Source of the DNA: the human T2T-CHM13v2.0 reference genome, Homo sapiens | Assembly: GCF_009914755.1 (NCBI RefSeq) | Contig: NC_060946.1 | Direction: 5' to 3' (one strand) | DNA length: 64,000 nt | In this document: positions 35,501 through 48,215 of the stretch, in pieces | Layout of the letters: each line of letters opens with the position of its first letter | Position numbering within the stretch: the stretch's first letter is position 1 | Notes under the pieces: model-generated | Told to the model about the DNA's origin: nothing | Seen by the model: the letters and a program-made list of their open reading frames with translations, nothing else | Database searches by the model: none | Translations under genes and position numbers: made by a program

Positions 35501-38500
35501 AGTGGAGTGTAGTGAAGTGGAATGGAATGGAGTGGAAAGGAATGGAATGGAGTGCAGTGGAATGGAGTGGAGTGGAATGGATTGGAATGGAGTGGAGTGG
35601 ACTGCAATGGAGTAAAGAGGAACGGAGTAGTATGGAAGGGAGTGGAATGGAATACAGTGGAGTGGAGTGAAATGGAGCAGTGTGTGATGGAATTGGGTTG
35701 CGTGGAGTGGAGTGGAATGGAATGGAATGGAGTTGAATAGAATGTAATGGAGTGAAGAGTAGTGGAGTGGAATGGAGTGGAGTGGAATGGAGTTTATTGT
35801 AGTGTAGAATATTGGAATGGAGTGGAATGGAGTGGAGAGGCATGGAGTGGAAAGGATTTGAGTGGAATGTAATGGAATTGAGTGGCATGGCATGGAATGG
35901 AATGGAATGGAGAGAAGCGGAATGGAGTAGATTGGAAAGTATAGGAGTGGAGAGGAATGGAGTGAAGTGGAATGGAATCGAGTGGACTGGAGTGGAATGG
36001 AGTGGAGTGGAGAAGAGCGGAGTGGAATGGCATTGAATGGAGTGGAGTGAAGTGGTTTGCAGTGGAGTTGAGTGGAATGGAGTGCAGTGGAGTAGATTGG
36101 AATTGGTTGGAGTGGATTAGAGTTGTGTTTAAAGGAATGGAATAGAGTGGAGTGGAGTAGAGTGGTGTGGAATAAAATAGAGTGGAGTGGAGTAGAGTGG
36201 TGTGGAATGGAATAAAATGGAGTGATGTGGAATGGAATGGAGTGGGCTCGAAAGTAATTCAGTGGAATGGAATGTAAAGGAGTGGAGTGGAGTAGACTGC
36301 AATGGAGTGCTGTGGAATGGAGTGGAATGGAAGGGATTATAATGGAGAGCAGTGTAATGGAATGCAGTGGAGTGGAATGGAATGTAGTGAAGTGCAGTGG
36401 AGAGTAATGGAATGCTATGGAATGGAATGGAGGGGAATGGACTGGAGTGGAATGGAATGAATCACATGGAGTGGAGGGTAATAAAATGGAGTGGAGCGGA
36501 ATGGAAAAAATGTAGTGGAGTAGAGAGAAGTGGAGGGGAATGGAGTAGAATTTAGTGCAATGGAATGGAATGGAGTGTAACACAGTCGACTGTAGTGGAG
36601 TGGAGTGGAGTAGAATGGAATGGACTCGAGTGGGAAGGAATGGAGTGGAATGGAAAGGAATGTAATGGAGTGGAGTGAAATGGAATGCTTTGGAAATGAG
36701 TGGAATGGAATGGATTGGAGGGGAGTGCAGTGGGGAGGAGTGGAGTTTAATGCAATGCAGTGGATTGGAGTGGAATAAAGTGGTATGAAGTGGAATGGTT
36801 TGGAGTGGAATGGAGCGCAATGGAATGGAATGTAGTGGAGTGGAATATAATGGACTGAAGCGGAATAGAATGGATTTGTGTGGAATGGAGTGGAATAGAA
36901 TGGAATGAAATGGAATGGAATGGAATGGAATTGAGTGGAATGGAATTGAGTGGAATGGAGTGCAGTGGAATGGAATGGAGTGGATTGGAATGGAGTGAAA
37001 TAGAATGGAGTTTAGTGGAGTGGAATGGAGAAGAGGAGAATTGAAAGCAGTGGAATAGAATGTAAAGGAGTTGAGTAGAATGGAGAGAAGTGGAATGGAG
37101 TGGAGTGGAGTTGAATGGAATGGAGTGGAGTTGAGTGGAATGGAGTGGAGTGGAATGGAGTGGAACGGAATGGAGTGGAGTGGAGTGAAATGGATCGGAG
37201 GGGAATGGAGTGGAAAGAGTGTAGTGGAATGGAATATTAGGAAGTGGAATGGAATGAAGTGGAATGGAATGGAATGGAATGGAGTGAAATGGAGTGGAGC
37301 AGAGTGGAGTGGAATGGAGATTAGTGGTATGGATTTGAGTGGAATGGAGTGGAGTGGAATGGAATGGAGTTCAATTGAATGGAATGGACAGGAATGAAAT
37401 GGAATGGAGTTGAGTGGAGTGGAATGGAAAGGAATGAAATGGAATGGAGCTGAGTGGAGTGGAATGGACAGGAATGAAATGGAATGGATTTGAGTGGAGT
37501 GGAATGGAACGGAGTGAAGTGGAGTGGAATGGAATGGAGTGGAATGGAGAGCATTGGAATGGAATGCAAAGGAGTGGAATGGAATGAAGTGTAATGGAAA
37601 GGAATCTAATGAAGTTGAGTGGAATGGAGTGGAGTGGAGTGGAATGCAGTGGAGTGGAGTGTAATGAAATGGATTAGAGTGGAAGAAAATGGAGTGGAGT
37701 GGAATGGAAAAGAATGGTAAGGAATGGAATGGAGTGTGGTGGAGTGGAATGAAGAGGAGGGGAATGGAGTTCAATGGAATGGACTGAAGTGGAATGGAGA
37801 AGAATGGAGTTGATTGGAGTTGAGTGGAATGCAGAATAGAGGAATGGAATGGAATGGAGAGGATTGGAAAAGATTGGAGTGGAGTGGAAAGTAATGGAGT
37901 AGAAATGAAAGGAAGAGAGCCAAGTAGAATTCATTGGACTGGATTCGTGGTGAGTGGAGGGGAGTGGAGTGGAATGGAATGGAGTGGGTGGAGTGGAGAA
38001 GAGTAGAGAGCAGTGGGATGGAATGGAGTGGAGAGGAATGGAGTTGAGTGGAATGGAATTGAGATGAATGTAATACACAGAGAAGAATGGAGTGGAATGG
38101 AGTTGAGTGGAGTGGAATGGAAAGGAGTGGAGTGGATTGGAATGGAATGCAGTGGCGTGGATTGGAATGGAATGGAGTGGCGTGGAATGGAATGGAAAGG
38201 AATGGAGTGGAATGGAATGGAATGGAATAGAGTGGAACAGAATGGAATGGAATGAAATGGAATGGAATAGAATGGAAAGAATGGAGACGGGTGAAGCGGA
38301 GTGGAGTGGAATGGAGTGGATTGGAATGGAATGGAGTGTAATGGAGTGGAATGGAGTGTCGTGGTTTGGAATGGAATTAAGTGGATAGGAATGGAATAGA
38401 GTGGAGTGGAATGCAATGGAATGGAGAGCGTTGGAATGGAATGGAGTGGATACGAATGGAGTGGAGTGGAATATAGTGGGGTGAAGTGGATTGGAATGGA

Positions 38501-41500
38501 ATGGAATAGAATGAAATGGAATCGAATGGAATTTTAGGGAATGGAGTGTAATGAAATGGATTAGAATGTTGGAATGAAATGTATTGGAATGGATCGGAAT
38601 GGAATGGAGTGGAATGGAATGGAATAGGCTGGAATGGAATGCAGTGGAGTGTAGTTGTGTGGAGGGGAGTGGAGAGGAGTTGAGTGGAATGGACAGGAAT
38701 GGATAGGAATGCAGTGTAAGGCAGAGGAATGATGTGAAGTGGTGTGAAATGGAATGGAGTGGAGTGGAGTGGAATGGAAAGGAGAGGAGTGGAATGAAAT
38801 GGAGTAGAATGGAATTGGAATCGAGTGGGTTGGAATTGAATGGAGTGGAGTGGAGTGGATTGCAATAGAACGGAGAGGATTGGAATGGAATACAATACTG
38901 TGGAGTGGAGTGGAAAGAATGGAATAGAGGGGAGCGGAATTGAATGGAGTAGATTGGAATGGAATGTAACAGAATTGAATGGAATGGAGTGGAATGCAGT
39001 GGAGTGGAGGAGAGTGGAGTGGAATGGATTGGAGTGGAATGGAAAGGAGGGAAATGGAGAGCAGTGGAATGGAGTTTAATGGAGTGGAAAGGAATGCAGT
39101 GTAGTGGAAAGGAATGGAGTGGAGGGGAGTAGAATGGGGTGGAGTAGAGTGAAGTGGAATGGAGTGGAATGGAGAGCAACGGAATAGAGTGGAGTGGAAT
39201 GGAATGGAAAGGAGTGGAGTGGAGTGGGCAGAAGTGGAATGGCATGGAGTATAGTGGAATGGAAAGGAATGGAATTGAATGAAATGGAATGGAGTGGAGT
39301 GGAATCGAATGGAGTGGAATGGAATGGAAACGAAAGGAAAGGAATGCAATGGAATGGAATGGAATGGAGTGGAAAGGACTCGCATGGAATGGAATGGAGT
39401 GGAGTGGAATGGAGTGGACTGAAATGGAGTTTAGTGGAGTGGAATGGTGAGGAGGGGAATCCAATGGAGTGTGATGGAGTGGAGTGGAATTGAATGGAGT
39501 GGAGTGGAATTGAATGGAATTGAATGGAATGGAATGGATCGAGTGGAGTGGAATGGAGTGGAGTGGAGTGGAATGGAGAGGAGTGGAATGGAGTGGACAT
39601 GAGTGGAATGAATTTGAGTGGAGTGGAGTGGAATGAAATGGAGTGGAGTGAAATGGAATTGAGGGGAAAGGAGTGGAAAGGACTGTAGAGGAATGGAATG
39701 TAGTGGAGAGGAATGGAATGGAGTGGAGTGGAATGGAACAGAGTGGAATGGAATGGAATGGAATGGAATGGAATGGAATGGAGTGGAGTGGAAAGGAGTG
39801 GAGTGGAATGGAGTGGAATAGAAAGGTGTGCATTCAAATGGAGAGGAATGGATTGGATTGGAATGGAAAGGAATCGAGTAGAATGGAATGGAGTGGAATG
39901 GAATGGGATGGAATGCAATGGAATGGAATGGAATGGAATGGAATGGAATGGAATGGAATGGGATGGAATGCAATGGCATGGAATGGAATGGAATGGAATG
40001 GAATGGAATGGAATGGAATGGAAGTGAGTGGAGTGGAGTGCAAAGGAGTGGAATGGAATGAAATCCAAAGAAGAGAAGTGGAATGCAGTGTAGTGCAATA
40101 GAGTGGAGTGGAATGGACTGGAATGGAATGGAATGGACTAGAATTGAATGGAATGTAGTGGATGGAATGAAATGTAGTGACGTATAATGGAATGGAGTGG
40201 AATAAAATGGAGTGGAGTGTAAAGGAATGTAATGTAATGATTTAGAATGGAGAGCAGTGGAGGGGAAAGGAGTGGGGTGAAGTGGAATGGAGTAGATTAC
40301 AGTTGCATTGAGTGGTGTGGAGTGGAATGGAGTTTAGAGGAGTAGAGTGGTGTGGAGTGGAAAAGAATGGAGTGGAGTGGATTGGAGTGGAGTCTTGTGG
40401 AGGGGAATGCAGTGGTGTGGAATGGAGATATGTGGAATGAAGTTGTGTGGAATGGAATGCGGTGAAATGCAATGGAATGGCATGGAATGAAGTGGAGAGG
40501 GTAGAGTGGACTAGAGTGTAGTGGAGTGGAATGGACTGCAGTGGAGTGGAGTGGAAAGAAATGGAGTGGAGTGGAATGGAATGGAGTGGAATGGAATGGT
40601 ATGCAATGGAGAGGAGTGGAAATGAATGGAATGGAATGGAAAGGGAAGAAATGGAATGGAATTGAGTGGAGTGGAATTGAGAGGGTTGGAGTTGAATCTA
40701 GTGCGGTGGAATGAAATAGAATGGAATTGAATGTAATGGAGTGAAATGGAGTGGATTGGTGTTGAATGGAATGGAGGGGAGTGGAATGAAATACAGTGGA
40801 GTTTAACGGAATGGAATGGAGTGGGGTGGAAAGGAAAGGAGTGGAGTGGAATGCAGTGGAGTTGAGTGGAATGGAGTGGAATGGAGTGGAGTGGAATGGA
40901 GATTAATGGAATGGAGTGGAGTGGAATAAAAAGGAGTGGAGTGCAATGGAATGGAGTGGAATGGAATGTAGTGGAGTGGATAGGAGTGGACTAGAATGCA
41001 ATGGAATGGAATGGAGTGGAATGGAATTGAATGGAGTTGAACGGAATGGAATAGAATGGAATGAAATGGAATGCAGTGGAGTGAAGTGGAGTAGAATTGA
41101 ATCGATTGGATTGGAGTGGAGTGGAATAGAGTAGAGTGCTGTGGAATGGAATGGAGTGGAGAGGGGTGGAATGAAATGGAATGGAGAGGAGTGGAATGGA
41201 ATGGAGTTTATTGGAATTAAAGGTAATGGAATGGAAAGGAATGGAGCGGCATCCAACGGAGTGGAGTGGAGTAGAATGGCATGGGACGGAATGAAATGGA
41301 ATGGGAAGGAATGGAATGGAGTAGAATGGAATGGAGTGGAGTGTAATTGAATGGAGAGGCATGGAATGGAATGGAATGGAGAGCAGTGGAATGGATTGGA
41401 TTTGAATGGGATGGAATGAAGTGGAAAGGAATGTAGGGGAATGGAATTAAATGGAGTGGAATGGAGTGGAATGAAGTGGAGTGGAATGGAATGGAATGGA

Positions 41501-44500
41501 GTAGAGTGAAAGAGTGTGGAGTGGAATGGAATGGAATGGAATGGAATGAAGTGGAGTGCAGCGAAATGAAATGGAGTAGAATGGTATGGTGTGGAGTGGA
41601 ATGGAAAGGAATGGAATGAAGTGGAGTTGAGCTTAGTGTAATGAAGTAGAATGGAATGGAGTGGAGCGGAAAGGAAAGGAGTAGAATGGAATATTGTTGA
41701 GGGGAATGGAATGGAATGGAATGGAATGAAGTAGAGTGCAGTGTAATGAAATGGAGTAGAATGGTATGGTGTGGAGTGGAATGGAATGGAATGGTATGAA
41801 GTGGATTGGAGCTTAGTGGAATGAAGTAGAATGGAATGAAGTGGAGTGGAATGGAATGGAATGGAAAGGAATGGAGTGGAATGGAATTCAATGGAATGGA
41901 ATGGAATGAAATGGAATACAGTGTAGTAGAGAGGAATGGAATGAAATGGAATGGAATGGAATTAAAAGGAATGCAGTGGAGTGGAGTGGAATGGAATGAA
42001 GTGGAATGGAATGAAATGCAATGTAGTCGAGTGGAATGGTGTGGAGTGGACTTGAATGGACTGGAGTGGAATGGAATGTAATGGAATGGAGGGGAGTGGA
42101 ATGGAGTGGAATGGAATTGAGTGGAATGGAGAGGAATGGACTGGATTGGAACAGAGTGGTATGGAATTGAGTGGAGGGGAATGGAGTGGAGTGGAGTGGA
42201 ATTTAGTGTTGAGTAATGGAATGGAGGGGAGTGGATTGGAGTGGAGTGGAGTGGATTGAAATGGAACGGAGTGGAATGGGATGGAATGGAGTGGAGTGGA
42301 GTGGAATGGAGTGGAATGGACTTTCAGGGACTGGAGTGGAAAGGAATTCAGTGGACTGGTACGGAATGCAATGGCATTGAATGGAATGGAAAGGAAAGGA
42401 GACAAGTTGACTGCAGTGGAGTGGAGTGGAGTGGAATACAGTGCAGTGGAATTGAATCAAGTGGAGTGGAGTGAAATGGTGTGCCATAGAATACAGTGTT
42501 TTGGAATGGAATGCAATGGACTGGTGTGGAGTGGTGTGGAATGGAATTAGTGGAGTGAAATGGAATTAGTGGTGTGCAATGGAATAGAGTGGAGTGGAAT
42601 GGAGTTTAGAGGAGTAGAATGGTGTGGATTGGAATGGAATACAGTGTTGTGGAGTAGAATGGTGTGGAATGAAATGGAATGGAGAGGAGTGGAATAGAGT
42701 GGAATGGAATTAAGTGGAATGGAATGGAGAGGAATGGAGTGGAGTGGAATGGAATGGAGAAGAATGGAACGGAATTGAATAGAGTGGAATGGATTTGAAT
42801 GGACAGGAGTGGAATGGAGTGTAGTGGAATCATATTCAGTGGAGCGGAATGGAATGGAATGGCATGGAGTGGAGTGGATTTGAATGGAATGGAATGGAAT
42901 GGAATGGAATGGAATGGAATGGAGTGGAAAGGAATTGAATGGAATGGAAATGAATGAAATGGAATGGACTGGAGTGGAGTGGAGTGCAATGCAATGGAAT
43001 GGAATGGAATGAAATGGAATGGACTGGAGTAGAGTGGAGTGGTATGGAATGGAGTGAAATGGGATGGAAGAGAATGGAATGGAGTGGAAAGTAGTGGAGT
43101 GGAATGGAGTGGAGTGGAGTGGAATAGAGGGGAGTGCATCGGAGTAGAATCGAATGATGTGGAGTGGAATGTATTGGAGTGGAATTGAATAGATTGGAGT
43201 GGAATGGAATGGAATGGAGTGGACTGGAATGGAATGGAATGGAATGGAATAGAATGGAATTGAATTGAATTGACTGGAGTGGAGTGGAGTGGAATGCAGT
43301 GGTATGGAATGGAATTGAAATGAGTGGACTGTAATTGCTGGGGGCGTGGAATGGAGTGAAGTGGAGACCAGTGGGATGGAATGGAGTGGAGTTAAATGGC
43401 ATGGGAGTGGAATGGAGTGGAGTGGAGAGCAGTGGGATGGATTGGATTGGAGTGAAATGTAATGGAGTGCAGTGTAGTGGAATGGAGTGGAGTGGAGTTG
43501 AATGTGGTGATCTGTTATGGACTGGGGTGGAGTGGAGTGGAATGGAATGGAATAGAGTAGAATGGTATGGAGAGGAGTGGAGTTGAGCGGAGTGGAATGG
43601 AGTGGAATTGAGTGAAGTGCAGTGGGGTGGAGTGGTGTGGAATGGAGTGATATGTAGTGGTAAGGAGAAGAGTGGAATGGAATGGAATGGAAGGGAATGT
43701 AATGGAGTGGCATGGAATGGAATGGAATGGAATGGAGTGGAGTGGAATCGAGTGGAATGGAGTGGAGTGGGAAGGAATGGAGTGGAATGGAATGGAATGG
43801 AGTGGCATGGAACAGAATAAAATGCAATTTGGAGAACGGAGAGGAGTGGAATGGAGTGGAGGGGAGTGGAATGAAGTGGAGTGGAAAGGAGTGCGATGGA
43901 AAGGAGTTGAGTGGAATGGAGTGTAGTGTAGTAGAAAAGATTCGTGTGTAATGGAATGAAGAGGCCTGGAATGGAATGGAGTGGCGTGGAATGGAATGGA
44001 ATGGAGAGAAACGGAAAGGAGTGGAGTGCAATGGAGTGGAGTGGAGATTAATGGAGTGCAGTGGAATGGAGTTGAGTGGAGTGGAGAGTAATGGTGGGCC
44101 ATGGAGAAGAGTGGTGTGGAATGGAATGCAATGGCCTGGAATTGAATGTATTACAGTGGCGTGCAGTGGAGTGGAAGGCACTGGATTGGATTGGTATGAA
44201 GTGGAGTGGAGTGGAACCTAGTGGAGTGGAGTGGAATGGATTCGAGTGGAGTAGAGTGGTGTGGAATGGAATGGAATGCAGTGTAGTGGAATGGAGTGGA
44301 GTGGAGTAAAATGGAGTGGAGTGAAGTAAAATGGAGTAGAATTGAATGGAGAGGAGTGGAGTGGAATGAAGTGGAGTAGAGTGGAATGGAATAGAATGGA
44401 GTTTAATGGAATGGAATGGAGTGGAGTGGAATGGAATGGAGTGGATTGTAATGGAATGTAGAGGAATGCAGTGGAATGGTGTGGAGTAGAGTAGTTTGGA

Positions 44501-46140
44501 GTGGAGTGGAGTGGAATGGAAGGGAGTGCAATAGACAGCCATGGAATGGAATGGAGTGGTGTGGAATGCAATGCAATTGAGTGGCATGGAATGGAGAGCA
44601 GTGGAATGGAGTAGAGTGGAGAATAATGGAGTGCATTGGAATGGATTGGAATGGAATGGAATGGAATAGAATGGAATGGAATGGAATGGAATGAATTTGA
44701 ATGGAATGGAATGGAGTCTAATGGAAGGGAGGGGGGTGGAATAAAACGCAGTGAAGTGGAGTGGAAGGGAATGGTGTCTAATGGAAAGGAGTGGAGTGGA
44801 ATGGAATGGAGAGGCATGGAATGGAACGGAATTTAGTGGAGTGGAATGGAGCAGAGTTGAATGGAGTGGAGTGGAGTGGAATGGAGTGGAGTGGAATGGA
44901 ATGGAGTGGAGTGGAAAGGAATGGAGTTGAATGTCATGAAATCGAATGAAGCAGAGTGGAATGATGTGGAGTGGAATGGAGTGGAGTGGAGTTGAAAGGA
45001 ATGGAATGGAATGCAATATAATGGAGTGGAATGGAATAGAATGGAGTGGATTGGAAAGGAATGGAGTGAAATAAAAAGAAGTGAAGTGGAATGGAATGGA
45101 ATGGAGTGGAATGGAATGGAGTGGAGTGGAGTGGATTAGATTGGTATGGAATGGAATGCAATGGAATGGAATGGAATGTAAAAGAAAGGAATGGAATGGA
45201 TTGGAATGGAGAAGAATGGAATGGAATGGAATGGAATGAAACGGAATGGAATTGAGTGGAATTGAGTTGAGTCTAATGGCGTGGAGTGTACTGGAATGGA
45301 GTGGAGTGGAAAGGAAAGGAGTGGAGTAGAATGGAGTAGAGTAGACTAGAATGGAGAGGAACTGAATAGAGAGCAGTGGAATGGAATTGAGTGGAAAGGA
45401 ATGGAAAGAAGTGGAGTGGAATGGAATGGAGTGTATTGAAATGGAATGTAGTGGAATGGAATGGAATGCAGTGGAATGGAATGGAAAAGAGTGGAGTGCA
45501 CTAGTTTGGACTGGAGCAGAGTGGAGTATAGTGGAATGGAAGGGATTGGAATACAGAACAGTGGAATGGAATGTAGTGGATTGGAATTTAATGGAATGGA
45601 GTGGAGTGGAATGGAGTGCAGTGGAATGGTGTGGAGTGTAGTGAAAAGTAGTGCATTGGAATGGATTGGATAGAAATGGAGTGGAATGGAATGCAGTGCA
45701 ATGGAATGGAATAGAATGGAATGGAATGGAATGGAATGGAATGGAATGGAATAGAATGGAATGGAATGGAATGAAAGGGAAAACAGGGGAGTGGAATAAA
45801 ATGGAATGAAGTGGAATGGAATGGAATAGAGTAAAATGCAATGGAGTGGAGTGGAATAGAGTGGAATGGAATGAAGTGGAGTGGAGTCGAATGGAGTGTG
45901 TTGGAATGGGGTGGAATGGAATGGAGGGGAATGGAATGGAGTGGAATGGAATGGAGTGTAATGGAATTCAATGGAATGGAATGGAATGAAATGAAATGGA
46001 ATGGAATGGAGTGGAGTGGAATGGAATGGATTCAAATGGAATGGAAGGGAATGGAAAGCAGTGGAATTTAGTGGAGTGGAATGTAATGCAGTGGAGTGGA
46101 ATGAAATGGAGTGGATTGCGATGGAATGCAGTGAAGGGGA

Positions 46141-46195
46141 ATGGAATGGAATGGAATGGAATGGAATGGAATGGAATGGAATGGAATGGAATGGA
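46141..46195 (+). repeat. Pure (ATGGA)11 run
   Basis: Uninterrupted pentamer run read directly. Confidence 0.85.
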
Positions 46196-47610
46196 GTGAA
46201 ATGGAATGAAATGGAATGGACAGGAATTGAATGAGGTGGAGTGGAGTGGAGTGGAATAGTGTGCACTGTAATGGAATGTGATGGAATGGAATGGAATGGA
46301 ATGGAATGGAGTAGAGTGGAGTGGAATGGAATGTAGTGGAATGGAGTGATATTGAGTGGAATTGAGTGAAGTGGAGTGGAATCGAGTGGAATTTAATGGA
46401 ATGATATGTAGTTGCATGAAATGGAAAGGCATGGAGTGGAGAAGAATGGAATGCAATGGAGTGGATTGGAGCTTACTGGAGAGGAGTGGAGTGAAATAAA
46501 CTGGAGAAAAATGAAGTGGGATGGAATTGAATGAAACAGAAGAGAATGGGACGGAAGGGAATGGAGTTTATTCAGGTGGATTGGAGAGGAGTGCAGTGGA
46601 ATGGAAAGGAGAGGATGGGAGTGGAATCGAGTGGAGCGGAGTTGAATAGAGTGCAATGCACTGGAATGGAATGGAGTGGAGTGGAATGGAATGGAGAGGT
46701 ATGAAATGGAACGGAATGGAATTGTAAAAAAAACAGAGTTGATTGGAATGGAATGGAGTGGAATGGAACAGAGTTCAGTGGAGTGGAATGTTGAGTGGAA
46801 TCGAATAGAGTGGAGTGGAATGGAGTGGACAGGAATGGAATGGATTTGAAAAGAATGGATGGAGTGGAGTGGAATCGAGAGGATTTGAATGGAGTGGAAT
46901 GGAAAGGAGTGGAGTGGAATGCAGTGGAGTAGAGTGGAATGGAATGGAGGGGAATGGAGTGTAAAGGAGTGTAGAGGAACGGAATGCAGCAGAGTGGAAT
47001 GGAATGGAGTGCAATGGAAAGGAATGGAGTGGGGAAGAGTGGAATCGAGTGGAATGGAACGGAGAAGAGTAGAAGGGAATGGAGTGGAGTGGAGTAGAGT
47101 GGAGTGGAGTGGAGTGGATTAGAATGGAAGGGAGTGGAATGGAGAGTAGTGGAATTGAATGTAGTGTAGTAGAATGGAATGGAGATGAGTGGGGTGGAAT
47201 GGAATAGAATGGAATGGAAGGTTTTGGAATGGACTGGAATGGTGGGGAATGGAATGGAATGGAGTAGAGTGGGGTGGAGTGAAGTGGAGTGGAATGGAGT
47301 GGAATGGAGTGGAAGGGAATGGAATTGAGTGAAACGGAGTGAATGGAGTGGAGTGGAGCGGATTGGAAGGGATAGGAGTGGTAAAGAATAGAGTGCAATT
47401 TAATGAAATGAAATGGAGTGGAGGGGAATGGAATGAAATATAATGGAATGAAATAGAAAGGAGTGGAGTTTAGTTTAGAGAATTGGAGAGGAATGCAGTG
47501 GAATGGAATGAAGGGTATTGGAGAGGAATGGAGTGAAGTGTAGTGGAATGGAGTTTAATGGCATGGAATGGACTGGAGTGGAATGGAATGGATAGGAGTG
47601 GAATGGAATG

Positions 47611-48215
47611 GAGTAGACTGGAATGAAATGGAGTGGTATGGAAAGGAATGGAATGGAATGGAGTGGTATGGAATGGAATGGAACGGAATGGAGAGGTATA
47701 GAATGGAATGGAATGGAATGGAGATGTATGGAATGGAATGGAATGAAATGGAATGGAGTGTAACGGAATGGAATGGAGTGCAGTGGAATGGATTGGAGTG
47801 GAGTGGAATGGAGTAGACTGGAATGAAATGGAGTGGTATGGAAAGGAATGGAATGGAATGGAGTGGTATGGAATGGAATGGAACGGAATGGAGAGGTATG
47901 GAATGCAATGGAATGGAATGGAATGGAGAGGTATGGAATGGAATGGAATGAAATGGAATGGAGTGTAACGGAATGGAATGGAGTGCAGTGGAATGGATTG
48001 GAGTGGAGTGGAATGGAGTAGACTGGAATGAAATGGAGTGGTATGGAAAGGAATGGAATGGAATGGAGTGGTATGGAATGGAATGGAACGGAATGGAGAG
48101 ATATGGAATGGAATGGAATGGAATGGAGAGGTATGGAATGGAATGGAATGAAATGGAATGGAGTGTAACGGAATGGAATGGAGTGCAGTGGAATGGATTG
48201 GAGTGGAGTGGAATG
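47611..48215 (+). repeat. Near-identical tandem triplication of a 200/205/200-bp satellite unit
   Basis: The marker gagtagactggaatgaaatggagtggtatggaaagg occurs at 47611, 47811 and 48016, and gagtgtaacg at 47756, 47961 and 48161. Confidence 0.9.
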
